From: Glycera tridactyla
Lineage: Eukaryota
NCBI GenBank assembly: GCA_965644265.1
Contig: OZ286469.1
Span: forward strand, 54,932,001 to 54,996,000
Direction: 5' to 3'
DNA length: 64,000 nt
Shown here: one piece after another, positions 37,401-48,313 of the stretch
Layout of the letters: each line of letters begins with the position of its first letter
Numbering within the stretch: position 1 is the first letter of the stretch
Notes under the pieces: generated by a model
The model's database searches: none
What the model saw: the letters and a program-made list of their open reading frames with translations, nothing else
What the model was told of the DNA's origin: nothing
Translations under genes and position numbers: made by a program

Positions 37401-40400
37401 TGGGGTAGGCGCAAGGGGTCAACTGAAATACATAAAATAGCAGACTCCACAGATCATAATACTATTGCTGAGAAATTGAATTCTTATTTTAGCACAGTTG
37501 GAGAACAATTAAGTAAAACTATCCAGGATAATGGTGTTGACGCCATAGCAAATTTCCCATATGATATAAAGAATATATTTAAATTGAATCAGATTAATAC
37601 TAATGATATCATAAAAATCGTAGAAGATCTATTGCCGAACAAAGCTGGTAAAGATGACGGATTACCTGTGAAGTTGATTAAATCCTGTCTGACTGAGTTG
37701 GCTCCTTTGCTATGTCATATCTATAATCTAAGTATTGAAAGTGGAGTTTTTCCCAGTACGTGGAAGTCAGCAACTATAGTACCTCTCTTTAAAGAAGGCA
37801 AACGCTCGCTAGAATCCAATTATAGACCCATTAGTCTCCTTTCGACACTGAGCAAAATCTTGGAAAAGCTTGTGCATTTGCAGATCTCGGCCTATTTTGA
37901 ATCTCATGGTCTACTGTGTCGGGAGCAGTCTGGTTTCAGAGAGGGATGCTCTACTGATTCATGCCTATTAGAATTTTTGGATAAGTTGTATGTAAACTTG
38001 GAGAAAGGCTTAACCAGTGTGGTACTCTTTCTGGATCTCAAGAAGGCTTTCGACACGGTGGACCATGGGATTCTTATTAGAAAACTTACCAGATATGGAG
38101 TGGATGAGAAAGGTGTGAAGTGGTTTTCTAGTTATTTGTCAGGCCGGAAGTGTCAAGTCCGAGCAAATGGTGTGCTGTCGGCGGAGAGAAGTATATCATG
38201 TGGCGTTCCTCAGGGCTCTATACTGGGCCCTTTATTGTTCACTATTTATGTAAATGATATCACACATCTTTTACAAGGGTCCAGTATGAGCCTCTATGCG
38301 GATGACACCGCTATAATGACCTCAGACACAGTCCCAATGAATTTGCAAAATAAACTTGAACAAGCACTTGATGATGTCAGTGTATGGTTATCGAGAAACA
38401 AGCTAAGTTTAAATGTCAAAAAAACACAGATAATGGTTTTTGGGACCAGGCACCAAGTCCAGAGATGCAACTTGATAGTTAAAACAAATGGACATGAAAT
38501 CAAACGAGTGGAGGTTTTTAAGTACTTGGGTGTATACTTAGACCCTTGCTTGACGTTTAAATCCCATGCAGAGCATATGAGAAAGAAAACCATTGGAAGG
38601 GTGGGTGTACTTGGCAGACTCAGGGGAGTGCTCAATATGAGCACTTCCCTGATGCTGTATAAGACACTCATTCTTCCAATCTTCGATTATTGCGATATAG
38701 TCTACGACAGTCTGGGTGTGGCTGACTCTAGTAAGCTACAAAGGGTACAGAATAAAGCACTAAGGATTATTACAAAAAGTGAACGATATGTTCGAACAAT
38801 CACAAATCACGAAACGCTTAAATTGCCATATCTAGACTGTCGTAGGGAGTATCATACTCTATTATACGCCAATAAGATACTTATTGGTGATGTTCACTCA
38901 CAGTATACACCTCTTTGCCAATATTCACAACCGATGCATGAATACGAAACTAGAATACGTAATAAAGCGCTCTTGACTGTGCCTATTCCAAGTTTGAAAC
39001 AAGGGGAGGGATCTTTCCGATATCGCAGCTCACAGCTATGGAATAGTTTCAGCAGTAAATATCCGGATTTCAAGAGCGATTGTCAATCACAATTTAAGGA
39101 ACGACTGAAAAATTTTCTACATATTGGATGATCCTTCCCCTACTCTACTCTACTACCATGAATACTAGTATACTGGTATATTTTGATACACTCTCTGTAT
39201 TTATTTTTGTGCTAGTATTTGTAATTAATTTTGTATCTAGTCTGCCTGCTACCGGTAAATTGTTGTATTTGGATGTGAGTCTATTTGGTCAATTATTTTT
39301 TATATATAGAGGAGAACACGAATCCTTGTTCAAAGTAGACTCAGCAATTTAGCAAATTGGAAAATTGAAAATTGAAAACTAATCTATCTTGCTTGCCGTA
39401 CATGTACTCTTTTCTAGATTGAATTACTATTCCTGCCTCGATTGGATTACATCATTATAATATTATTATTATTATTATTATTATTATTATCATCTTAACT
39501 TCGCGAAATAGGACCTAAAGTATTGTTTGTTACCATAGGTAATATTCTATCCATCTTATTATTATTATTATTATGTATCAGTCTTAGTACCCTTAATGGG
39601 TTGACTCTTCAATTTCATGCGTTGCATCAATGATTATTCGCAATTAGTTAAGAAATGTTATATTCGTCAACCTGGGAACGCACCCTTCGGGAGCATCAGT
39701 ATATACATGTAAATGTATGACGAATTGAAATAAAGAATGTAAAACAAAAGAAGTGGTCACTGCTCACAACAGATGGTCTGCTTGGTGTGAAATTCTTCCT
39801 TGATATTCTCTTAATCCACCACTGTTGAACTTTCACATCAGATGGGAATTTATGGAGTGATCTGGGTAATGTTCTAATTCCCATTACAACATTCAAATAC
39901 CACACTGTAGGGCATGATGAGCCAGGTGTTTTGACGATGTGTTGTTTTGACCTATTAGTTTTGCACTGAGCTAGAGATGGCCAGTGTAGCTCTTGACGTC
40001 ACATGCCGATGATACCCGAGGAATACCGAAGTACCAGATTCAAACATTCCAACTGTCTGACTACCCCAGAAAAGTTAGAAAAATAAGTTGTTGCTGATGT
40101 GCAAAAAAATTTTTCATTACCAAAGTATATGTAACTTTTTATATTCTTTCACATAGATTAAAGAGAATTTATTCTTTATATCTCCTTTAATCTGCATGTT
40201 GTTGAACTTTACCCGGTCAATCGATCAAATCCCTGCTTAACCTACCTGGTCCTCGGCCATCGTAATAGAGGTCGACGATGCGGAATGTTTTGGCATCTTC
40301 GACGAAGACTGCAGAGGCACGGAAATTATGCGCTGCTTCCACAATCGGCCCAATATTGGTCGCTGCCGGTGGGTTACTGGATATACTGCTCGGAATGTTC

Positions 40401-41476
40401 ACATGCCCAAAATTTGCCTGAAACAGAAATATAGCACTATCAAGGGGGTGGGGAGGTTGAGGTCAAACAGCTTGGCTAATATGGAGGGTCGAATTTGGCA
40501 AACCGAAATTCGTTGAATGAAGAACATTCAACAAATAGTGCAGCGTGATTTAAAAAGAAAAATACACGCATTACACAAAGTGCTCTCTCAGCTCAGTCCG
40601 ATAATCCCACCTCCGTCGTCGAATTTTCAAGATGGCCGCCTGGCTGTATCCGAAAATTCATCTATGAGTCAGATTTCACTACCTGGCATGATTGAATTGG
40701 ATGAAGATTATCTGGTGGGAGAATTATGTTGGAAACGAAATATGATTGGGTATGATGAGTATAGAATGGGACAAATAGGTCTGAAACAAGAGGTCTTCAT
40801 GCGACTATGATATTGCGGGGATTATACAAAGTGGTGCGGGAACTCTCAATCGCAGATGTTGTTTTTAACGGAAAACGATGACGAAAGAAGACACCTACAG
40901 CGTTCGTGAACTAGAATTCTATAGATGATCCAATATCGTCCATTGTGCGGTCCCGACTGACTCAAAAGATTACCGAAAATGGCACAATAACAATTGTACG
41001 AAAACCCACCTCTGTAAAACGACCTACCGAACAATTACACCTCTGTACTGAGACCAACTTGTCATGCACTCGAAGATGGGCTTGGTAGATAGGTTCGACA
41101 GATTTATTGATTGCTATGGAATCTGAATGTGACTTTGGCTGCTCTTGGTGCATTTACATACCGCAAACCGTCGACAGTAGACTGACAGATATTCGATGTC
41201 ACTAAGTTGAAGGCCATCGGGAAGACTCAGGATGACGGGTACACGACTAAAGGTGCCAAGCGGTAACGTGCTGAAAACACGAGAATGATTCAAATGTTTA
41301 GATTTTCGGCAGAGAGTAACTCCGATTCAACCCTTCCTGATTCTGGATTGACACATCATTTAGTTAAAAACACGACCCAAATATCCAAAGAACCGGAAAC
41401 ATTCACACAACCCCATCGATATTTCCTATATTTGTTTTTGTTGTTATTGTCATTGTTGTTGTCATTATTGTTGTGG

Positions 41477-41564
<88 letters not shown>

Positions 41565-44341
41565 GATGATGTTGAGTGAATGATGAAATTAAATACTCAC
41601 TTGCCATCAACAGGTACTATTTGTCCCTGAGAATTCGGACGATTAGTATCTCCCACCCAGAAGAATGCATCTGAAATAGTGATATATAGATAGATACTCA
41701 CGAGAATTCTGGACCCTGTGAGCAACATATGTGACGCCCATGCAATGGAAATAGGTGACAATATCCAGACTTCCTTTTTCTGGGGCTCGACAGGAGATTA
41801 AGAAATCAAGAGATGAAGAGGTGTTATTTCTCGTCTCACATCTCACAATAATAATGATTCGACTATATCCCCAGGTTTTCAGAGGATTTATACAGAAGGT
41901 CTACTTTCAAATTTGATTGAACGAAGAGGTCAGTCAGGCATATCGCTCCATTTGGGTGACAACATTTGCGACTGTCATGTGACCCACACTTGAGATTTTC
42001 ATAGTCGCAAATGATTTTTTATACAGTCGGAATCATAATTAGCACTTCACAAGAGCCAATTTCGTGATACTCCGTTTGATACTCGTAATCCTTGCATGTT
42101 CCGTTAAACTTTCTGGTCGGGTGGTGCTTGCAGGTGCCAGAAAAATCAAGCCCTTGAACACATTTGTGCATACAATCCCATAGAATTGCACTTACCATTA
42201 AACCACAACCAACCACTATGAGATATATTACTGGTATGTAGTATGGCTCTTGATGATGAACAAACGATTGGCTGAAGGGAAGAACACTCCCGCCATGGAA
42301 CCCACCTAACTCTTTGCGAAATTACGTCCTGAATCTTCTAGCAGTGTTGGTTAATGAGGTTCATAGTATAGGTGCTTCCTGCTACATTGGTTTTGGCAAT
42401 ACGAAAAACAACTCTCGGAGATACCAAAACATTAGGGATATTTTCCCAGTTTGTGAGGGGCCACCATCTGTTGTGTTTGCCTGGCAACTGGTCCAGCTGT
42501 GACATAGACGTCATGCCAGTCAGGTCAAATGACTCATTCGTGTCACCTACCAGAGAAGATCATTCAGAACAATCACTTCCTCCCACATGGCCCGTGTTTG
42601 ATACGACACTCGGCCCTTTAAATATGAGTCACATTGAAGAGGTCTTCCTAGTCAGGTGGTGTTTGTAGAGAGGCCATTTACTATAAAAACCCTATCATGA
42701 TCACAGCTCAGGCTGTCCTCTGTAGGCCCATGTATAGAAGTGGTCTCTCGACCATCGACACTATCGTTGCCACCACCATTGAACTATTTCGGGGAAATGA
42801 TACACAGCCTCCGATATTCATAAACTGAATAAAGACACTGCAAAATGTCTGAATGAATCAATGAAAACGTAGCTCATTAAGGTTAGGGTTGTGGTTTAGT
42901 TGAGGTTTAACCACATGTATTAACCCAAGTCAGATGATATAGTATACCATGTGTTCCTGGTCTAAGGAAGCTCAATGCTCTGTCACCTGGAGACATTGAC
43001 TTTACAAACCATGAACACAAGATGATGGAGAAGCGGAAAGGTTATCGAGTGCAAGTAGCTTACATTTCAGACAAAACCTTAACCTGTTTGACATGATCAT
43101 GATAAAGTTAAACGCGGCACACATAACCAGGTTACTGACTGGAAGTTGGCATCCTCTAGAGCAGTGCTTGGAACAAGGAAATGTATTAGGCTCGGAAATT
43201 AGGTCAGATGTTTAGAGATTACAGTGGAGGGGGGGGGGGGGGGAACTCGAGGCAGGAATTATTATTCAAATATCGAGTAAGAGAGTGGAGATAATCAATG
43301 GATCAGCTCAAACGTACCTGGCGCACTGCCGTCGTAACTGAAATCGACGACATAGAGTGACGTCGAATTGACGGCATAGACTGTTCCACTGACGTCATGA
43401 GCTGAATTAGAAGGGAAACTACCGATTTCTCTCCCGAAATAATCTGTTCCATCACACAGTCCTGCACGAAACAAGAAGAAAAGCAAAATTAGTGTCTTTG
43501 TGATCCAGTCTATATATCCAGGTGGCTGTTAAAATATGTCAGCTCGAGAACGTGACACACATTCTTGACGTCGGTCCATTTTGACCTTCAAGACATTAAC
43601 TTTGACCTTGCCCTCGCCAAACCATGCCTGCCAGCGTACCTAGTCCGGCCAGTTGAGCTACTGAAGGAATACCACCTTCTGTTTGCCCTCTGGAAATGAA
43701 TATGTGCCTGTGTTCGTTCCTGTGCGTACGAGTGGTTGTAGACTAGTCTGAATAAGTGTGTGGGTGATGTTCCAGTGGGTAATGAAACAACTATACATTG
43801 ATTCATTCATTGATTCCTCCCTTCCTTCATTCATCCATTAATTCCACCATCCATTCACGTGCTCATTCGTCTAATAAATCACTCATTCATTATTCATTAT
43901 CGGATATATTCATTATCCATTATCGGATATATTCATTATTCATATTCGTTGATCAGTTTGTTCATTCAAGTATTTTCATCCATTCAGTGATCCATCACTT
44001 GATCTATTTGTTCATCCATTCATGATATCATAAATAGAGTGATAAATTGATTGATCGAGCATTCAATTATAGGATGCAGCGGATAGATGAAAGCGGGCCT
44101 CCCTCATCTCGCCCCATGAGTAAGTGTCTTATCGCCACTCATCTGTTTCGGCAATCCGAAGTATGTCGCATGGAGCTCGACGGGGGGGGGGGGGGGGGGG
44201 GTGACCATGCTTGGCGAAACAACCAGGAAGTTTATCAGCTTGCTTCGTCACACAGTGAGAACATGCACGAAGGCGTCCTCAGTGTTCACTGCAAAGGTCA
44301 CCCACACCAAGAACCAACGGCAGTCACCATGATGATGATAA

Positions 44342-44407
<66 letters not shown>

Positions 44408-45950
44408 CGACGAACCATCACTCATAAAATTACAATCACGTAACACATATACACAGATGCATTCACACTCCCCGATACACATAGACACACAACCCCATGC
44501 CCATTCTCACAATTCTCAAGCAGTTAATGCAGTTTGGAGGGAACTCAAAAGTTGCATGAACTTGCTAGCCTGATATCAGATCTCAACAAATTTCTGCTTG
44601 TAGTACCAAATGATGATTGTGATAGCTCGACTGGTTGAATGTTTGACTTTCAAGAGATATCAAAATGTCATGGTTACCATGACCCTGGTTGCCATGGTAA
44701 CCATGGAAACAAGGATTTTTCAACCAGGATTGGACATTTGACTCTGGCGCCACCTAACTATAGATATTAGGTCAATTATTTGCAATTATTAGAATAGACA
44801 TACATCGACTCTCTACACCTGTATCAGGGGGATTTTGATTTGTGCTCTCGTGTGGGAGATATTCAACCTGAAATTTGCCCAAATTTCCATATTTCAAGTG
44901 AGATATCTCTAGAACTATATGTGATACGCAAATCCCCCTCATGTTGCATTACTCAGACTAGGTCACTGAATATCCCTGGGCAAAAAAATTGAATCCATAT
45001 AGCATGAAGAGCTCGCGCCATTGACACATATATCATTTCAGGTGCAAATTTGCTGTTTCCATGGTTGCCATGGCAACCATGAATGAAGTAAACAAACTTT
45101 AAAACCATGCAAAATGAAGCTGCGCCACTTGACCGTATGAATGTATCAGTGATTATTCCATTTAATGTTCAGGAGAAACTACAATCTCAAATTAGATTCT
45201 TATCGTTGGGATATATGGCTGTCTAGTTCTGACTTGCATTAACAGCTAGAGAAACCTATACAAAAAAACATCAGCCCGACGAAACACCCCCTCTGCCACT
45301 GGATTGAGCAACGCCAACACCAGCACCAGCACTTTCGGCACCATTACTACCAGCACCAGCACTACCACCACCAGCATCAGCACCAGCACTATAACCATAA
45401 CCAGAATCACCACCACCACCACCACCACCACCACCACCACCACCACCATCATTGAAGCTGCTTTGATCAACACCAACATCGGCATCAGCACCGGCATAAA
45501 CATCATCACCAGGACAATCGACACAAACGCCAGCCTCGCCACCACCGCCAGCAGAATCATCACCATCACCATCACTAGCACCACCCCCAATACCACAACA
45601 GAACGACCAACATTGATTAACACTAACATGAGCACCTGCACAACCATCAGCTTCTTCCCCACCACCAGCACCAGCAGCACAGCCAGCTCCAGCAGCAGCA
45701 ACAGCACCAGCACTAGCACCAGCACCAGCATCACCATCATTACCAGCACCAGCACCAGCACCAGCACCAGCACCACCACAACCAGCACCACCACCACCAC
45801 CAACAACAATAACAACACCATCATCGACAAACAGTCCCATCATCACGATTGCCATCAAGATCGGCACAAGTCTTAGAATCCCGGGCACATACCTGTGAAT
45901 GTGAGAAGGAAGGCGAGCAGGGCCGGTCGGAGAACGTACGATCCGTCCAT
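281..45950 (-). CDS. Skeletor/knickkopf-family secreted protein (signal peptide, 2x DM13, DOMON); multi-exon, continues beyond the window start
   Basis: Exons traced by hand with GT-AG sites and consistent phases: 45950-45893, 43461-43318, 41670-41601, 41270-41162, 40417-40246, 8168-8096, 7487-7298, 7218-7165, 6596-(gap at 6497), 5298-5156, 4148-4019, 2725-2615, 1698-1507, 474-281. Motifs YDGSAPDAFFWVG and YDGRGPDAYFWVG (DM13), [16 protein letters not shown] and YFVWAMG (DOMON), [33 protein letters not shown] (family C-terminal region). Confidence 0.88.
862..965. repeat. (GAC)n/(CAC)n microsatellite
   Basis: seen directly. Confidence 0.9.
1507..1698 (-). CDS. host gene exon, post-DOMON region
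   Basis: tcag|GA: [33 protein letters not shown]; donor G|GTGAGC. Confidence 0.88.
2615..2725 (-). CDS. host gene exon, DOMON end
   Basis: ccag|GG: [37 protein letters not shown]; donor G|GTATGT. Confidence 0.88.
4019..4148 (-). CDS. host gene exon, DOMON
   Basis: tgcag|[24 protein letters not shown]; donor G|GTAAGC. Confidence 0.9.
5156..5298 (-). CDS. host gene exon, DOMON
   Basis: atcag|AT: [41 protein letters not shown]; donor |GTGAG. Confidence 0.9.
5869..6015. repeat. (ATCC)n microsatellite between N-gaps
   Basis: seen directly. Confidence 0.85.
6498..6596 (-). CDS. host gene exon, DOMON start (3' end lost in N-gap)
   Basis: tgtag|[33 protein letters not shown]. Confidence 0.8.
7165..7218 (-). 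CDS. host gene probable linker exon [18 protein letters not shown]
   Basis: tag|GTG..GCG|GTAAGT, 54 nt, phase 0-0; low-complexity peptide, so weaker support. Confidence 0.5.
7298..7487 (-). CDS. host gene exon 7, DM13-2 end
   Basis: [43 protein letters not shown]; donor TCG|GTAAGT. Confidence 0.88.
7745..7900. repeat. (CAC/CAA)n low-complexity tract
   Basis: seen directly. Confidence 0.85.
8096..8168 (-). CDS. host gene exon 6, DM13-2
   Basis: ttgcag|AC: [24 protein letters not shown]; phase-1 continuation of exon 5 across the 32-kb intron; donor AG|GTGAG. Confidence 0.88.
10286..10458. mobile_element. older copy of the same MITE family
   Basis: TACAGTGGGACCTG start; collinear internal similarity (AAAAGAGGTGGTCTCTC, AGGTATATTT) to 10736-10911. 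Confidence 0.6.
10736..10911. mobile_element. Tc1/mariner-type MITE, 176 bp
   Basis: TA|CAGTCAAACCTG ... CAGGTTTCACTG|TA; internal GAGACCACC/GGTGGTCTC repeats. Confidence 0.75.
11611..13563 (+). CDS. Element A ORF1 (acidic N-terminus, coiled coil, L1-type RRM/CTD, basic RG-rich tail); one in-frame TGA at 13105-13107
   Basis: 498-aa ORF and 138-aa ORF are in the same frame (..[21 protein letters not shown]..); motifs [34 protein letters not shown] typical of LINE ORF1p. Confidence 0.85.
13608..14926 (+). CDS. Element A spliced SGNH/GDSL esterase, copy 1 (exon 13608-13676, intron 13677-14047, exon 14048-14926; 315 aa); block I Gly changed to Cys in this copy
   Basis: Blocks (G/C)SSH, GISG, LGSND, DRVH; exon 1 [23 protein letters not shown]|GTAATA; acceptor tttattgcag|ATT; same structure in element B. 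Confidence 0.82.
16675..18406 (+). pseudogene. 5'-truncated ORF1 copy 2
   Basis: starts at the repeat junction, first ATG 16742, same TGA before the tail. Confidence 0.8.
18451..19769 (+). CDS. Element A spliced SGNH esterase, copy 2 (intron 18520-18890)
   Basis: +4843 copy, GSSH intact. Confidence 0.8.
21518..23249 (+). pseudogene. 5'-truncated ORF1 copy 3
   Basis: as copy 2. Confidence 0.8.
23294..24612 (+). CDS. Element A spliced SGNH esterase, copy 3 (intron 23363-23733)
   Basis: tandem copy, intact. Confidence 0.8.
26361..28092 (+). pseudogene. 5'-truncated ORF1 copy 4
   Basis: as copy 2. Confidence 0.8.
28137..29455 (+). CDS. Element A spliced SGNH esterase, copy 4 (intron 28206-28576)
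   Basis: tandem copy, WVNHY>WVDHY. Confidence 0.8.
31204..32936 (+). pseudogene. 5'-truncated ORF1 copy 5, extra A in an A-run frameshifts the tail
   Basis: 144-aa fused ORF 32502-32936 appears only in this copy; unit length 4844. Confidence 0.8.
32981..34299 (+). CDS. Element A spliced SGNH esterase, copy 5 (intron 33050-33420)
   Basis: tandem copy, WVDHY. Confidence 0.8.
36207..39131 (+). CDS. Element A ORF2: APE endonuclease + reverse transcriptase, 974 aa, open
   Basis: HLNIRG, VAETF, GDAN, SDH (APE); [38 protein letters not shown] (RT). Confidence 0.97.
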   Translation: MAPQQADSEVSTTRNRTVQLDTAEDIKKLKGVKIAHLNIRGIIRKICDLQLLLLQSNIDILVVAETFLSSTTSNNEIYIPGYYIIRADRTAESRRQCGGGLLVYVRKDRIVEFIEEFVICCPDVEGLWFKLLLPDTRPIFVCGMYRPPHGNPGIFADWIEDNILTYGLDDNVDIVLIGDANIDLKKCRSTNHYVKTLKNNGLQQLIDIDTRVTTESRTLIDHISVNRPDLYHQHGVLECGISDHSLIIAARKKLHKSRTSTFAFFKDYSKTDLEKLKYDIVTYDWSIFYATNDANICTDIFHQVLNSLIDIHVPLKRHRLTNNWPKWLNGEYLDLVKERQLANKHFKINSSEDNKLYKREIEKKFIKLKRQLQREFITNSIADQKENPKKMWEILNTFWGRRKGSTEIHKIADSTDHNTIAEKLNSYFSTVGEQLSKTIQDNGVDAIANFPYDIKNIFKLNQINTNDIIKIVEDLLPNKAGKDDGLPVKLIKSCLTELAPLLCHIYNLSIESGVFPSTWKSATIVPLFKEGKRSLESNYRPISLLSTLSKILEKLVHLQISAYFESHGLLCREQSGFREGCSTDSCLLEFLDKLYVNLEKGLTSVVLFLDLKKAFDTVDHGILIRKLTRYGVDEKGVKWFSSYLSGRKCQVRANGVLSAERSISCGVPQGSILGPLLFTIYVNDITHLLQGSSMSLYADDTAIMTSDTVPMNLQNKLEQALDDVSVWLSRNKLSLNVKKTQIMVFGTRHQVQRCNLIVKTNGHEIKRVEVFKYLGVYLDPCLTFKSHAEHMRKKTIGRVGVLGRLRGVLNMSTSLMLYKTLILPIFDYCDIVYDSLGVADSSKLQRVQNKALRIITKSERYVRTITNHETLKLPYLDCRREYHTLLYANKILIGDVHSQYTPLCQYSQPMHEYETRIRNKALLTVPIPSLKQGEGSFRYRSSQLWNSFSSKYPDFKSDCQSQFKERLKNFLHIG
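40246..40417 (-). CDS. host gene exon 5, DM13-2 start
   Basis: tttcag|[39 protein letters not shown]; donor G|GTAGGT. Confidence 0.9.
41162..41270 (-). CDS. host gene exon 4, DM13-1 end
   Basis: tttcag|C: [36 protein letters not shown]; donor |GTATGT. Confidence 0.9.
41477..41570. repeat. (GAT)n microsatellite
   Basis: seen directly. Confidence 0.95.
41601..41670 (-). CDS. host gene exon 3, DM13-1
   Basis: tttcag|AT: [23 protein letters not shown]; donor AA|GTGAGT. Confidence 0.9.
43318..43461 (-). CDS. host gene exon 2, DM13-1 start
   Basis: tgcag|GA CTG TGT: [25 protein letters not shown]; donor G|GTACGT. Confidence 0.9.
45310..45835. repeat. (CAC/CAG/CAT)n degenerate trinucleotide tract in intron 1
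   Basis: seen directly. Confidence 0.85.
45893..45950 (-). CDS. host gene exon 1, signal peptide [19 protein letters not shown](G)
   Basis: ATG at 45950, hydrophobic stretch, phase-1 donor G|GTATGT matching phase-1 acceptor of exon 2. Confidence 0.75.
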
Positions 45951-46426
45951 GTTTGGCAAGACAACTGATGCGCTCTGAATCACACCAAGATTGACGCTAC
46001 CCGCTTCGCTCTGCTCGACCGCTGCACGCAGATAGATTGTCAAATCGAATGTGTCGACAACGTTTTAATCGCTCAATTCGCCATTTTTCACACAATTTAA
46101 ATTTTGATGGCAAGACTAAATTGTATAGGACTTCCGGCTATCATCGAACCTGATTTTCGCTTGTCTGTATGCTCTTGACAGGAAATGCTCCCATGTTATT
46201 GCATTTTTACCGAGAAACTTTCGAAGTAATCGGCTGATCTTTCCTTATTAAAAAAATTGTGATCCATATGGAATCGACATATTTGCCATGGTCACCAGAG
46301 ATGCAAGTCATGGTGGTCGTGGAGGCGGCAAAGTAGCTTCGAATAAGACGACGGCGATGGCGACGACGATGACGACGAAGACGGCGACGAGCGTGAGGAT
46401 GTTGGTGGTGACAGTGACGGCGCTTG

Positions 46427-46502
<76 letters not shown>

Positions 46503-46534
46503 CATGATGATCATGATGATGACGATGATGATGA
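46427..46534. repeat. (GAT)n microsatellite
   Basis: seen directly. Confidence 0.95.
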
Positions 46535-47580
46535 TAAGCCAGCTTCAATCACTGTGCACCTGGTGAGGAAGTGGGCACCCATCGTGATACTGTTCTTTCG
46601 TCTCTCACCTCTTCCTTGCATATTCCCCCTTTGTTTTGTTTTGTCTTGTATGCCCAAAGTATTGAAAAAACCATGAAGGATTTTGCCACCCCTTAGTATC
46701 ATGTGTTTACCTGTTGACCACTAGAACGCTAGCATCCTCTCAGTAGATGGAACTACAAAGTATAGGTCGGTCGTGTGCGTATGTGTTTATGCTACAGTTG
46801 TATATATATTTTTTTTTCACGCGATACCTCGGAAGGCCATAATGCGTCACCAACCCCCACACCCCGCTTCACCTGTTCTCTAACTTCCCTGTTCTGTCTC
46901 GTGTGGGAACACACGCTTGGCTACCCAGGACCCCATGTTCTATCTATGATCAAACAGACGAGGAAGTGTCGAATACATGCATGCTTGTGTCACGCCGGTG
47001 ACCTATCAGTTATATCACCGTCATATCACTAAATTAGAATTTCTATGGATTGATTTAGTCATCATTTTTATCATGGTTGACGTCGTTATTGGAAGAAATC
47101 AACTCAATCAATCCGAAACACATCAGGAGAATATTGGGGGATATCTCAGCCGGTCAATATTTAGCAGAAATCAACTCAATCGAACCGAAACACATCAGAA
47201 GAATATTTTGGGATACCCTAACCATTCAATATCTAGTCGCCCTTAATTCATGGATTATGGTCCATGCTGCATGATTTGGCATTTTCTCCACTCGAGATGA
47301 TCGTTTCAGAATTATGCCTAACCATATGATATATGCTGCTTTATTGAGAGTAGACATCCAGAAAGGCGCTAATGACCTTATTTTTGCTCCCAAAATTACA
47401 TACCTGCCTATGCTGGCTACTGACATAAACAAGCTATATAAAGAAGCAACACACAATCTCAATCAGCAACCTCTTTTCATCGAATTTTGAAGCCTTTCTT
47501 CTTTATTCATGTAAGATGTGTGTGGCTGGTTGATAGTCACTTGTGACTGGTTTGTGGTCACCTCTTATAGTGCCAGGTGA

Positions 47581-47712
47581 CATAGGACAGGCCAAGCCTG
47601 ATGCCAGAGATGGAAAGAGTCAGGCACAGTCTGATGGTGAAGGTAGCATGAATCAGGCACAGTCTGATGGTGAAGGTAGCATGAATCAGGCACAGTCTGA
47701 TGGTGAAGGTAG
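47581..47712. repeat. Left remnant (4 units) of the same 33-bp minisatellite, separated by element B
   Basis: units start at 47581, 47614, 47647, 47680. Confidence 0.9.
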
Positions 47713-48218
47713 ATAGATAGATAGATAGATATTACTTTATTTGAGTTCGTCAATATATACAGTATTCACAAAACACATAGTATCATTGCAAAATACGATA
47801 TGACACAATTACCCCAAAGGGGTTTCTCCAGGTCGACGAACATTGGAATTCAGGTAATAACAATCCATTTGGTGAACATGAAAAAACTATAGTTATGATA
47901 TCAGTAAATTTGACAGGCCGATATTGTGAATTTTCATAGATTCATAGTCAATCTACTTCACAAATAAATGCTATGCTAACATTGTATTATGATGAACAAT
48001 GTAGATGATGATGAATGATTCATGGTGATGATACGAAAGGTGAGAGGTAACAATAAATGATAAATGACAAGTATATGATGAACGACGAGTAGTAATGCTA
48101 ATATAATTGATTGATTTTCAGCAATATGAGTCAGTATGTCATACAATTTCAGTTTCTATCGAATAAGATATAGTTCATTTAGATTTTGTTTAAGAGAGTC
48201 ATATATGAGATCAGTTAA

Positions 48219-48313
48219 TTATACGTGAAGAAAGTTTTCCAGCTTTACTTTGAAAGCTGCTGTTTCACAAGCACCAAAATCGTCAGCTGATTTCTTTACA
48301 CATTCATTCCAAA
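48219..48313 (-). pseudogene. Element B ORF2 C-terminus, displaced by element C
   Basis: reads (L)WNECVKKSADDFGACETAAFKVKLENFLHV*, matching [18 protein letters not shown]. Confidence 0.9.

Larger units (their letters stand above)
11411..39378 (+). mobile_element. Element A: full-length CR1-group (L2/Crack-like) non-LTR retrotransposon, ORF1 + spliced SGNH esterase gene + APE-RT ORF2, with internal 5x tandem amplification (about 8.6 kb if collapsed)
   Basis: CAAGATGGCGG at 11415 near the 5' end; ORF1 from 11611; ORF2 36207-39131; 3' tail of GAAAATT-type repeats 39354-39378; no TSD found, 5' boundary uncertain by a few bases. Confidence 0.9.

Noticed and set aside
39128-39352. 74-aa hydrophobic ORF overlapping the ORF2 stop (ATGA), possible membrane or env-like peptide
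   Set aside because: T-rich 3' UTRs give such peptides by chance and no equivalent is seen after B ORF2.
11390-39400. Target-site duplication for element A
   Set aside because: Flanks (ggaatcatcatcc and ctaatctatc) share no convincing repeat; CR1-group elements often lack one.
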